This document shows, piece by piece, positions 1-12,000 of a DNA stretch of 64,000 bases (within the stretch, counting starts at the first letter, position 1; each line of letters begins with the position of its first letter). The notes beneath the pieces were generated by a model. It did no database searches and was not told the origin of the DNA. It worked only from the letters and a program-made list of their open reading frames with translations. The position numbers and the translations under genes were made by a program. The stretch lies in the NCBI GenBank assembly GCA_048772705.1, contig JBLWGC010000051.1:186001-250000 (forward strand), given 5' to 3'. This stretch comes from Leidyana gryllorum EB-2025a (lineage: Eukaryota > Protista > Apicomplexa).

Positions 1-8
1 AGGCTGCT

Positions 9-332
9 ATGGAAAGACAAAGAGTGACTGAGCTTAGTCAAAGATTATTGAACGAAGCTGCTCAAAACCAGAGCATTCTGGATGAAGTACTTAAGGCTCG
101 GGTTTCGGTGGTGGAGCACATGTCCCGACTCTTCCAAGAGCTGGACGCTGCTCAGCAAGGAGCTCAGGCTGAAGCTGCTGCTTTGGAGAAGAGCCTCGAA
201 GCAAACAAAGCAACCAGGAAGTCCAATCCAGGCATGGACGAAGCTCAGAAGAAGCTCAACAAGATCAAACATGACCGATGCATTTTCTTCGGATGCATTG
301 ATGTCCATCCTCCAGATCTGTTTGAACTCTAA
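9..332 (+). CDS. Hypothetical coiled-coil protein, possibly the 3' part of a gene starting before the window
   Basis: 107-aa ORF with heptad-like E/Q/L/K-rich composition; no recognisable motif. Confidence 0.4.
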   Translation: MERQRVTELSQRLLNEAAQNQSILDEVLKARVSVVEHMSRLFQELDAAQQGAQAEAAALEKSLEANKATRKSNPGMDEAQKKLNKIKHDRCIFFGCIDVHPPDLFEL

Positions 333-381
333 ATGCCCTTGTTCATTAACTGGAGATACCACAACCTAAATACTATATTCA

Positions 382-1470
382 TCAATCTTCCGCATCCCAA
401 GATGCAACCGATGCGTCACTGTCGACCTCGTCACTGCTCTCAAACCAGTTTGCTGGATCGGTAGACAACTGAGCCGGTCTATGCTTAGCCGACCCCCGGA
501 AGGCTGCCTTGATGATCTCGCAGCTTGCCTCGCTGTCGCTATCAGACTTCCCGTAATCTATGCCCTCTTCTTCTGTACGAGTAGTGATTGTATGAGTAAA
601 GCTGGCTGAAAACGGGTGTTGTCTCTTACCAGAGTAGGTGTCGCCGCGAGCTGCGGCGGGGCTATCTGGATCGTCGACGAACGATCCAGAACGAACAGGG
701 CCAATACCGTCCTTGGGACCAGTTGTGGCTGGGGGAGGTGGTGGTGATCGGCTTTGCCCAAAAGCAATGGCTGGAAGGTCCAGGTGCGCATATAAGCTGA
801 TTGGTGGCATTTCACCACTCAGTCTGAGTGCCTCATTTTCGAGGATTATTGGCTGCAGTTCGCGTAGAATAAGATCACGGCTCGACTCAACGTCCAGAGT
901 CGCGTCAGATTTGACGAGACTTGGATCTGGGCAATACAAAAAGTGCCTGTTATTTGATATATCATCAGCCATCGGATGATCCTCGGACGCCGTTGGTAAG
1001 GGGTCACGAAGCCTTCTCTTAACCCCAGTAAGTGATTGTGTTCTCACGAACTCGAAGTTGACCAGAGACGGGGGCAGCGATTGGCATTGTAGCATTAGAA
1101 CGTCTTGACGCCCATTCAGGTTGGGTCGATACGAGCGGGTCAGATATAGCCGTGGAATCTCTTTGATGGCCATATCAAAGTTTGCTCGTCTACTGGCAGC
1201 CTCAAAGGGGTCTTCAGACTTGAATATGACGGGAGCGACGTTGCAAGGGCGTGTGTTCATCCCTAGAGCGGTATCAAGCTCTTCTTCGGTCTCTCCAAGG
1301 AGGTCGTACTTCACAGGAACGCGATTCGCATAGCTGACGAATTCATTGGACGCCTCTTCCTGCCGCAATCTGGAAGCGGTGCGATAGTATTGTGCAAAAG
1401 TGGCAATTATATGACGAGGAGGCGGTGTTTCCTGAGACCAGCAAAGCTCAAGCAGCTTAACAGTAGTCAT
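382..1470 (-). CDS. Hypothetical protein (362 aa, acidic C-terminus)
   Basis: Long uninterrupted ORF; its ATG lies 12 bp downstream of the TRAPPC6 stop. Confidence 0.6.
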   Translation of the reverse strand: MTTVKLLELCWSQETPPPRHIIATFAQYYRTASRLRQEEASNEFVSYANRVPVKYDLLGETEEELDTALGMNTRPCNVAPVIFKSEDPFEAASRRANFDMAIKEIPRLYLTRSYRPNLNGRQDVLMLQCQSLPPSLVNFEFVRTQSLTGVKRRLRDPLPTASEDHPMADDISNNRHFLYCPDPSLVKSDATLDVESSRDLILRELQPIILENEALRLSGEMPPISLYAHLDLPAIAFGQSRSPPPPPATTGPKDGIGPVRSGSFVDDPDSPAAARGDTYSGKRQHPFSASFTHTITTRTEEEGIDYGKSDSDSEASCEIIKAAFRGSAKHRPAQLSTDPANWFESSDEVDSDASVASWDAED

Positions 1471-1482
1471 GTCAAAAAAAAG

Positions 1483-2204
1483 CTAAACCAGTACTGACAC
1501 GTGGAATGTACCTACAGCAGCATATGGTGGGCGTACAGAGCAGGCATTCTTACAGGCAGGGGGAACTTTGAGCTCTTGACTGACCACACATCGCAGTCCC
1601 AGGCCACCTAAAGCGCCTCTTACAATTCCACAGATAACAGCCGCTTGCGCGTCAGCACTTATCCGATAATTGGCTGTTCTGCCTGAGCTGAGATCTTCAA
1701 TGACCGAAGCATTGCCATCCAAGAGGGTTGGATCATATACAGGGTGTTTCTCGAGCCACGGAAGCTTCTCATCTAGTATGATGAAGCCGCCTCGTTTGTT
1801 GGTCTGTAGTCTTCCAGCCTGTTTACGGAAGAAGAACCCCCAAACCTCGCGGCATACAAACTTGAGAATATCTCGATGCTCTCGGATGCGTGGGCGATCA
1901 AGTACGAGCCTAATCGTTTGTGTGGTCTCTGAGGAAGTGACTTTAGTTACCGGTCTACAATTCGCGAACCCATATAGTAACCGCGCAGCTCGAGTTCCGC
2001 TTGAGCCTCGGCGATGTCCACCAGGGGGAGGGGTATGGAGGTTGGCTTGTGTGTTGTGGCAGCCGTCTCCTGTTGAGTGGATTCATCGTTGCTCCTGGGC
2101 AAGGTGGAGGCACGGCAGACTACCTCTACCAAAAGAGTGCGTAGATGGTGTACAACAGAGTAGGCGCATTGCTGTTGTTGAAGCGGAGCGTTTTCGGCCG
2201 CCAT
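1483..2204 (-). CDS. TRAPPC6: TRAPP complex subunit Trs33/TRAPPC6 (Bet3 family), 2 introns
   Basis: Spliced reading LELRGYYMGSRIVDR|LVLDRPRIREHRDILKFVCREVWGFFFRKQAGRLQTNKRGGFIILD...ICGIVRGALGGLG...PPAC|TFHV matches the Trs33 consensus; GT-AG introns near 1910-1950 and 1511-1552. Confidence 0.85.
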
Positions 2205-2304
2205 TTTGGGTATTTGGGTGTGAAAGAATCGTCATGTGACTGGCGAGTGGCACACGCAAAGCGTGCAATCACACATTTGAAGCTATTTACCGAAGTTACA
2301 GAAA

Positions 2305-2881
2305 ATGCTGTCACCATCACCGTCTCCTAGAAGCCAGCTGGGCGGTGCCGCGCTGAAGTTCTCACCCAAGGCTATTGCTGAACGTCAGCACCACAAGGCT
2401 AGAAAGAATAGAGAAATTGCCAGAGGGGCGAAAGCTCCTGAAATGAGCAAGTCACGACAGCGTGAACTGCACAAAAGTAAGACGGTGTCAGTGTCGGGCT
2501 ATTGTTCCATGGCGACGGTTCAGACTTTCACGACGGAAGACCACAGACTCAACGGATTACAGATGACGGCGACGCGCTCTGCGTGTGTGCCACGTTTCAC
2601 GATTGCGAGAAAGTCGTAAGTAACCTGGAGCCACGAGAGCGGTTGTATGGCTTTGTCAGGCAACGCTGCATCCAAAGAATACCTGTGACTATTGTTGGGG
2701 TATCCAGAGCAAGGTGCATCCGGACGGTGCCATCTACCGGTATTACCCAGCAGACCGTGGTTGGGAAGAGATACGCAACATCGTGAGTCATATGCGATTG
2801 TGGCCTCTTTATTTCTCTTTTTAGGCTGTGCAACTTCGAAGAGAGACGGATCTGCCCGATGAATTTGGTTTAAGCAAATAG
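2305..2881 (+). CDS. Small hypothetical Cys-containing protein, 3 introns
   Basis: In-frame splicing across gtaaga..cag, gtaagt..cag and gtgagt..tag gives ...LCVCATFHDCEKVATLHPKNTCDYCWGIQ...DEFGLSK*. Confidence 0.5.
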
Positions 2882-3009
2882 AGAGGGGTCGAATTGACCT
2901 CTGTCTGCTGAATTAATCTCCATTGAACCTAGTAGTAGCCATACAAAAATAAGTCTCCTTGAGCATTGAGCCAGTAATTTTTCCCTAACCCGTGGATTAT
3001 CCAACAAGT

Positions 3010-4787
3010 ATGCCCGAGCTTCCTTTCTCAACATTGACTTCATTCAATCGTCCGGTCGGTGCCATTAATCATAGCCGATCTGTTGTCACGGAGAGTAACA
3101 ATTTGTCTGCCACTCTGCTGGGTCGCTCGTCCAACAGCTTCGCAATGGGTACTCCTCACCCCTCTCCCATCATGGCCACAATAGGTGATCACCTCAGTTC
3201 GTGTGCTAGTAGTTGCGACGGTACTGAAGATATCACCTCCCCAACCCCCCAAAATAACGGGGTCGAAGCAGCCCCCCACTCTGAGCATGACGTGACTGAC
3301 CTGAAGGACATCGTGGAGTCAGGGCGGACCTTTTCCGACCTGTCGAACCCGGCGACCATTAGGAAAGTTTGCATGACGAAAATCCCAACTTGGGCATTGG
3401 CCGTTAAAGATGAAGATGTAAAGGTGTCTCAGATCATGGCGGGTCTGACCAACCAGCTGTTCAGAGTCCACCTCAAGAAAGAGTCTTGTCCAGGGATCAT
3501 TCCCCGTCAAGTCCTCTTTCGTGTGTACGGTTCCACTGTTGGCGATTTGTATGATTCCGCATTTGAACTTGAAGTGTTTAAAGTGCTCTCGAAGAACGAA
3601 TCAGCACCTAAATTAATTGCCGAGTTTCCGGTAAGTATCCAAGCCATCGCTGCAAGCCAATTTGATGCCTTTCTCAGGGTGGCCGGATTGAGGAGTACAT
3701 ATTGGGCCCTGCTCTATTGGTCAAGGATGCACGCAACCCGGCTGTTGCGTGCGCTGTAGCCACGATAGTGAGTATTACGCAGTGCATGATGGATAGATCA
3801 ATGCTTTTATACAGCTGGGGAAATTCCACAAGCTACAAGACCATGTGCCAGAGATCCAGAACTGGCGCTCGGAGGAAGCTTCCGTTTGGAAGAGCTTGCG
3901 TCGGTGGTCTGAGAAAGCTCTTGCTTTGTATCAAGTAGCTACGCGAACCTTAGATCAGGCCCATGAAACTGAAAGGCAGCAAAGTTGCGAGTCGGTGACT
4001 TCAACTGAGTCACTTGTGAAAGAGAAAGCCAGACGTATGAGTCAGGCTGCCAAACTAAACCTCGTCAAGAAGCTGGAACAGACGGGAATCGTTGAGATGT
4101 TTGAGGAGGCGCAGAGGTTGAAAAACCTCGTGCTTTCTCAGGACTCGCTCGACAATCCCATCACGAAAATTGCTTTCTGTCACAACGATGTTCAGGAAAA
4201 TAACATCCTTGTGGTAAGTTCAAGCTGTCCAATCAATTGCCATTATTACATAACTGCAGACGGGCACTCGTTTAAGGTTGATCGATTTTGAGTACTCTGA
4301 CTTCAACCACCCAGCTTTCGACATTGCTAACTTTCTGTGTGAAACTACCATTGACTACTGTGTCAACGGTAAGCGCACCCAAGCTACATCATCATTCTTC
4401 ACACCTATGCCGGCAGAGTTCCCCTTTTTCGCTCATGACACATCGATTGCCGCCTTCCCGAGCGAGGAGTTGATCAGACTCTTTGGATCGGTCTATCTGT
4501 CGGAGTTGCTCCAAACGTGTGTGATGCCGTCGGACAAGCGATTGGAGGCATTCGTTGCGTCCGTGTACCGCTTTGTCTTGACTAGCCACGCTGTGTGGGG
4601 TTTCTGGTCAATTATCAGGTAAGAAGAAGAAGCAAACAAGCGCAAAAGATGTGAACAAAATATGTGCAGGGCCCCTCAAGCAGCCACATCATCCGATTTC
4701 GACTTCTTGTTGTACGCTCAGAGTAGGTTCGAGGCGTACAGAACTTGGAAGTCCTTTTTGCTGACCAAAGGGTTGATCAAAGAATGA
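3010..4787 (+). CDS. Choline/ethanolamine kinase, multi-exon
   Basis: GLTNQLF, VLFRVYG, Brenner motif CHNDVQENNIL, IDFEYSDFNHPAFDIANF, SHAVWGFWSII. Confidence 0.93.
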
Positions 4788-4878
4788 GTTTTGGTTGATT
4801 TTGCCTTCGTGGAAGAATGAGTGGTGTATATCTTTAGGTGGTGTTATAAGAAACACTTGGGGGGATTATAGCACATGA

Positions 4879-6323
4879 TCATGCTAATGTTGTAGGTGAT
4901 GACGATGGCTGCTCGTCCGCTTCCTTTGTGGTTGAATCATCAGTCCCGCCACCCGGTGGCCGTGTTAATGGACCCATGAATTCAGGATAGTTAACATACA
5001 GCATTTGAGACTGCATCCAACTTGGATCACACGGCCAAAATGAGGTCAGTGAGGCCAAAGATGCAGGAAGGGATATACCGTCGTCAGCCTCGGTGGCTGT
5101 TCCGGGAGACTCCGCACTGCTCATCAACCTTGAACAACTTTCTGCAATTGTTTGACTTGTACGTTCGGTAAGTTCGGAGGGGCTGCATTGCTGCTGGCCG
5201 CCAGCCCACATGTTGTCGTCGCCTGTCCGATTGAACATGCGGTATCTTGAGGAGAGCGAAACCGGCTGTTGGTAAGGATCTGGTCCTTCCAAAGACTCTG
5301 CTTTCATTAATAGTGGATCACCTCCCGTCTTACAGCCCATGTTATCGGGCTTCATGACCAATCGACCTGGTGGTGGAGTCATGTTCGGGTACCCAAGTGG
5401 TGGTGTCCGCCAGCGTTGCCTCTCTGCCCAGTCTGAGCTGGGGAGAGGCCAGTCACTGGACCTTAACGACGAGTTCGGATACCCTCCGTGATTCATTGCT
5501 TGAAGCATTGTCATCATGTCAGGAGAATTGGGATCTAATCCCAGAGAAGAGATGTCGGGCGAACCAATTCCTCTCAGCTCACCTTGTCCCATCATCGCTC
5601 CCCCGTACATCATGGGGAAGGAAGCACCCGGTGGTAATTGGAAACGAGGTTGCATATACCCCCATGGCGTACACGCCTGACATGCGTTGCACGACTCACA
5701 AAGCACCCTTCGCTTACCATGTCCATCCCCCAGGTATGCGTGGGTGGTACTCTCCGTCGTATTTTACGATTTACCTCCCCCAGCGCTTTGCAGGTCATTG
5801 CAGGCTTGTACTTCCGCCGATTGTGTGGCGACGCGCCATTGGCATCTGCACGACCAATGCAGTCCCGTGAATCCCACGCAGGCACGTACCTCCACGCTTC
5901 CGTTGCACGCCGCCTAGCCTTTCGATTTCGGCTTGCTTCTTCACCTTGAATAGGTAAGCCTCGTGCCTCGCGACCTGCACCTCCAGTCTCTCAACAAGCC
6001 CCTTTCGGATGGGTGTGCTGACTCACGATTTCATTGCGATAAAACTTGGGATTGAAGTATTTGGTGTGACGTTGACCTTTCTCGTCTGTCCACTGAGCGG
6101 CCCATATCCCTCGACAGTTCTTATATACTCCCTTAATTTCGTTGTAGTTGAGCTCCTGGGGAGGTTGAACCAGGGACGTGGCCATCAACGGTGCATGTAC
6201 TCGCCCATCTTTGTTTAAAGCCCCATGAGTCCCCAGCTTGGGATCGAGGGAGCTAGGCATTGACGATCCAGATACTGATACTTCTTCCCACGTAGCGAGG
6301 TGCACGCGACTTAGGGGGTGCAT
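4879..6323 (-). CDS. ApiAP2 transcription factor (one AP2 domain, low-complexity C-terminus)
   Basis: IKGVYKNCRGIWAAQWTDEKGQRHTKYFNPKFY followed after an intron by the helix ARHEAYLFK; start codon uncertain (6323 or 6260). Confidence 0.8.
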
Positions 6324-7122
6324 GTCTCCTTTCAACACCCTCCAATCAATCTCTCGTTCTCGATTTACCGAAGGCCTCAGGGCCGTCTCGCTTCACATGA
6401 CAGTACTCCAACCTCTGTAAGGAGTACTTCGATCATTAGTTCGCATATTTACACACTTCTGCGTAAAAGAGAGCTCGGAAAGTGGCAGCCAAAGTATATG
6501 GAAATGCACTGCACAGCTTATGACGCGCTCGTCAAATCAGTATGCAGCGTTCGGCTTGTTGTTGAGGCCACTCCCATCGAGATACGGCCTCCTGTCACCC
6601 TATGAGCAGGTTGCATGTAGATCGACATGCCAGCGAGCGCTCGAACACGTGTCTTACAGAGACGTTCGAGATCCACTGCCGTGTCTCAGAGACTGAATGA
6701 ACTGAAAAAGACGCTGCAGTGTGCACCAAACCATCTGCGTACGCAGCCCACTTGAGTGATGCAAAGCCTCTACACAACAGTTTCGCCTTCCCTCATTCAG
6801 TACCCAGAAACACCACTCTGCTTGTCCGCAATAACCATCACGGTCACATTGATGACCTCAACACTGCTTCACAAGAGGGTGGGTGGATCGATCAAGCGAC
6901 TGCACCACGATTAGGGGGGAGCATCTCGACGTAGCTATCTGTCGCCAAGTAACGATGAGAGTTTTTCCACAAAGTGTGGTCTGCGTATCTATGTAATGCT
7001 GGTGACGTATCTATGTCATGCTGGTGACTGAGAGGTTTCATATGAGACCTTAATGAGCAGCTCACATTCCCCGTTGTCTGAGTGACTGCCAGAAATATAA
7101 AGTACAAATTTTGTGACAGAGA

Positions 7123-7535
7123 ATGAGTGAACACGCGTCAGAGGCGGCTCGCAGGACTCTGAGTGCCAATGTCCAGAAGGTAAGAGAATACTTCAAGTGC
7201 AACGGGAAATGTGATGCAGCTGCGCTTCATGCAAATGACGGCCAACACGGCGAAGAAGGCAGAGTTGGGTGGGACACCCCAACGTCCAGACTGGGTACAG
7301 GATGCCACTGAGTTTGACAAGATCCGCAAGTAAGTATAGTATTAAGATGGAACTTTTAGCATCAGTTTGTAGTGATGATCTACCACGACTCTATCTGGAA
7401 GAGTGCTCATCGGAGCGGATAGGGCTCCAAATACAACATCGTCGGAGTTTCAAAAATTTCAATCCCACGGTTGACCGTTTCCAGAAACTCATCCATTCAC
7501 GAGCGAGTCGAGCTCGAAAAGAGAGCGATATATGA
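7123..7535 (+). CDS. MPP6: M-phase phosphoprotein 6-like nuclear exosome cofactor, 2 introns (7180-7219, 7330-7372)
   Basis: Spliced LSANVQK|LRFMQ and RRSFKNFNPTVDRF match the two MPP6 blocks (LSxxLxxMKFMQ, GRxSFxGFNPxVE). Confidence 0.75.
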
Positions 7536-8544
7536 ATCGCCGAGCACCAGGCGGGCCATTTCCCGAAGGCTGGGAGTACTTCAAGCCCGCATATAGATGT
7601 GGCGTCTTCATAGATGAGGTGCCGGCACCGCAGGGCGAGAGCAAGTCTCGAATGAAGTGCTTTAGGGCTTTGAAACTGCTCCCTTGCAAGGTTCCGTTAG
7701 ATCGAAGGTTCGACAGCAGACGTGAGGAGTTACGACAAGTACGAGAAATGATAGTGGACGACCAATCTGTGTCGACGATATCGAGCCCACGGAGCCAGCG
7801 ACAAATGGAGCGAGATCGGAGCTCCACCTGTCGATACTTTGACAGTTGGGGTATGGATGAGTTGTATGCTAAAGTAGCACAAGTTGCTCCATCTGCTCGT
7901 TTGGCAGCCGTGATCAACCTATGTGGGACTGAAAGGTACTACTCGACTTTATACAAACAGCATACCCAATCAGATACTATGAGGGGGACAGATATAGGAA
8001 CCGGGGCACTGAATACGTCTGGTGCAAAACCAGTGGAGGAGGGTGAGTGATTCGTTCATCCAGAAATTGCTACCTATATATCATTGGCTTGTGTAGTTCT
8101 CTCCCCAGGTATTCAGATATAGACCGCTTTTTCGACATCTGGTGCTGGTTGCTGGAAAGGTTCGGACGAGTCTACGAAGCGGTGGACCGAGAAGCTGCCT
8201 TGCAGAACGCTCCAGATGATATTCCAGTGGTCGCGCTACACTGCACCCACGGCGTCAATCGCACTGGATACTTTTTCGCGACGCTAGCCCTACTCTATCG
8301 GCCTTGTATGCGGGCGGAGGAAGCTATGCGCTTCTTCGGAGACGCTCGCGGCCACGAAATCAATAGAGGTAGGATTCATGGTTGAAATGACATGCATTGT
8401 TTTGCAGAGGAACTGCGCACTGCCCTTCGCGATCTCTATGACGAGGGCGACGGAGACGTTCCACACGAATTGAAAAGTCGTGTGGGGCGGTTGAGGTGTG
8501 TACTGGCTGGAGTACCATTGATAGTTGATGGGCATCAACAGTGA
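7532..8544 (+). CDS. DUSP11/PIR1-like cysteine RNA 5'-triphosphatase, multi-exon
   Basis: PEGWEY, LPCKVPL, VINLCGTERYY, P-loop HCTHGVNRTG, FGDARGHEI; no guanylyltransferase domain follows. Confidence 0.85.
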
Positions 8545-8607
8545 TGTTGTGTCTTTCTTTTTCCCCTTTTTTTCACCCTAAAAAACTCTGACGGCTCAGT
8601 TGCTGCA

Positions 8608-9057
8608 ATGGTCCAGAGGCTCACCTACCGCACGCGGTGCACTTACAACACCGCTTCTAACAAGCAGCGGATTGTTAAGACCCCCGGTAACAAGCTCATC
8701 TACCAGCGGATCACTAAGGCCGGTTCCAAGGTCAAATGTGCTGACTGCAAGAAAGGACTCAACGGCGTCCCTGCCCTTCGTCCCCACGAGTACAAGCGCA
8801 TCAACAGATGTGAGCGCAGTGTCAGTCGTGCCTATGGCGGCAACCGCTGCCACTCTTGCGTGCGCAACCGGTAAGAAAGATGGCGTGTTGATCCTTTCAT
8901 GTTTGCTTCCGATAGTATTTTGAGGGCTTTCCTCTTCGAGGAGAAGCGCTGCGTGCAAGCCGTCCTTATGGAGAAGAAGCGTCAAAAGAAGCTCGAGACT
9001 TCCAAGGCCTCAGGCAAGACCAAGAAGTCCGCTTCCAAGAAGACCTCTAAGAAGTGA
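8608..9057 (+). CDS. RPL34: 60S ribosomal protein L34 (eL34), 1 intron
   Basis: MVQRLTYR...YNTASN..RIVKTPG...SVSRAYGGNRCHSCVRNR|ILRAFLFEE. Confidence 0.97.
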
Positions 9058-9084
9058 ATGTGAATTCTTTTTCTTAGTCCCCCC

Positions 9085-12000
9085 ATGCAGCCACAGAGAC
9101 CGACTAAAGCCGTTGAGGATATTTGGAATGTACGGGATGTCAGCAGTGTAATCGATCAGGGTGATCGGCTGCTTGCGTATCTCTTGACAGTAGACGAAAC
9201 CACCATTGTTGATGGACAGGCAACCAACGTGGCGGGTGGAGGGGGCCGTTATTCCGGCTTCAACCTGTACTTTGTGGACCAGAGTGGTCGCACCTTGCGT
9301 CTGCAGAAAAAGGCGCAACCCTATCTGCTCGTGTCGGTGACGGACACCTATGCTTCTGTGAAATGTGGCGATCTTGACTCAATTCTGTGAGAGAGTATTG
9401 TGAGATGATACACATGCTGATCACAGGTTTCATGTCCAGTCAGTCCTCAGTGGGATCATCACTGATCAATTCCCCAATGCCGTGGTAGACACCCTCATCA
9501 CCTCGCGGATAGTCACAAAAGGCTCCAGCTATTTACAAAGTGCGTGAGCTACAAAGTCCCGGTGATATAGCCTTGGCCTCCACTAACACAACAGAGGGTG
9601 CTCAGCCTCACAAGAAGTCACTGTTCCTCCAGTTCAATTTTACCACCGAAGAGACTTTGCGATCGACTCGTTTCGAACTGCTGAAACTGCTGCGTCGGAA
9701 TGCTGCGTCGGAAGAGAAACTGAGAGTGCAGCTGTTGCAGTCGGGTGCCCACACGGAACAACTCATCCTGGCCACCACCCGGAAAGATCCAACATATCTC
9801 ATCAAAGACGTTCTGGAAGCCGATATTGATGCGCCAGCACGAATGTTTATCACCACCTCTCATCGGTGCGCCCGATGGTATCATTTGGTGAAACCGAAAG
9901 AGAGTGACGAAGTACTTGTGAGCATCTGGTCATTCTTCTTTCTGTCTGTATCGAAGCTTCAGATGGTGTTGGCCCCGGAGGCACTCCAGACTAATGTACC
10001 TCGACTGACCGTCTTGGCGTGGGATATCGAGACTTACAAGGACGCTCTCAAGTTTCCAGATTCGTCCAAAGATCCAATTATGTGTATTTCATATATGACA
10101 GCGCAGTCGGGCTGGCTGCTGGTCAACAGGGAACATTTCGGGCGCGACATTCACGATTTCCGGTATCAACCCACTCCAGAATATGGAGGCGAATTCCGTG
10201 TGAGTACGGATCTACTGTGATTCATTACCGCCAGCTCCATCACTATAGATCTACAACTTTGACGACGAAAAGTCGTTGCTGGAATTCTTCCTATACCACG
10301 TGGCATGTGTAGTCCGACCGCATATAGTAGTTTCTTACAACGGCGACATGTTCGATTTCCCCTACACCCAGGAGCGTATGGCGGTGAGTCCGACTGATCA
10401 GAAGACGAGGGGGATATCTTTCCTCTCGGCAGCGACACGGTCTGAGTATGAAAGAAATATGGGGATTCGCGGCCCGTGAAGTCCGTCAGGGACAGAAACC
10501 CGAGTATCTCAGTCCTTTTGTGGTTCACATGGATTGCCTGAAATGGGTCGAACGTGACTCCTATTTACCTTGTGGCAGTCGGGTGAGTCCCGCGATCGAT
10601 CAGTTGAGATCCCGCACGTGACTGAACCCAGGGTTTGAAAGCCGTCACGCGGGCGAAACTGCATTACGAGCCTCGAGAAGTTGATCCAGAGCTCATGACA
10701 CCGTTCGCCCGTGATAAGCCACAAACAATGGCAGAGTACTCGGTGTCTGATGCGGTGGCGACCTACTTTCTGTACCGCAAATATGTGCATCAGTTCATTT
10801 TAGCACTGTCGTCTATCATCCCGCTCAGTGTACGTATCATCGCTCTCAGTGTGATCGGTTTCTATCTCAGCCTGATGACGTCTTACGGAAAGGCAGTGGT
10901 ACATTGTGTGAACACTTATTGATGGCCCAAGCGTACTCTCGGGAGGTGTGTATACCCAACAAGAGTACCCAGGAACTGGAGAAATGGCACGATAACCTCC
11001 TGCTGCACTCTGAAACGTACGTCGGAGGACAAGTGGAGCAGCTTAGATCAGGAATCTTCCGCACTGATATTCCTGAGACGTTCAACTTTGACCACAAAAT
11101 GGTGGACCATTTGATTGAGCACATAGATGAGACATTTGGTGAGCAGCGAGAGACTGATCGATCATTCGCGGAATGCTTTGAAAGATGTTTGGTGGCGACG
11201 AGAGATCAATTGGGACTCCAAGATGCATTTGGATCGTAGCAACTGGGATGAAGTTAAGGAGAAGATCATTCGTCGACTCCAATTCTACAAGTGAGACCGG
11301 CGTGTGATCGAGAGTCGTCTTGATTGATCACCCCATCTTATCTGTCAGGGACTCAAAGTCTCTGGTGATCGAACCACTCATCTATCATATGGATGTGGGA
11401 GCGATGTATCCGAACATTATTCTCTCACAACGCTTACAGCCGTATGCTGTTGTTGAAGAGGCGGATTGTGAGTCGTGTGTATATCGCGAAGACTGCGATG
11501 CGTGTCGTCGACCGCTCAATTGGAGATGGAAGGCTGAACACTTCCCCATCAAGAGGGGGGAGATTCAGACTATCAAGGATCAATTGGCAGTCGAGACGCA
11601 CAAAGTGGGAAATGAACGACAGCCCAGAAAATGGGCAGATTTGACTGCGAATCAACGACATGAGACCTTTATGGAAAGGGTCAAACAGCTGAGTCGGCAC
11701 ACCACTGGAGGCAAATTCAAGATACCCCTCGAGAACACGCGAGTATCGCTGGTGTGCGAACGAGCATCGGCCTTTTATGTCGACACTATCCGGTATGGTG
11801 GGACGAGCTGTCATGTCTGATGCGCGCTTGCAGTGATTTTCGTGATCGTCGGTTGGTCTATAAAAGTATGAAGAAGAAAGCGGAGAAGGAGCTCGAGTCT
11901 TGCTCGGTCGAGGACAGAGAGACTGCTCACAATAAGGTGGTTTTGTGGGACTCTCTGCAGTTGGCTCACAAGTGTATTCTGAATTCTTTCTACGGCTACG

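Noticed and set aside
7532-8544. Bifunctional metazoan-type mRNA capping enzyme
   Set aside because: No guanylyltransferase KxDG domain follows; RPL34 starts 63 bp after the stop
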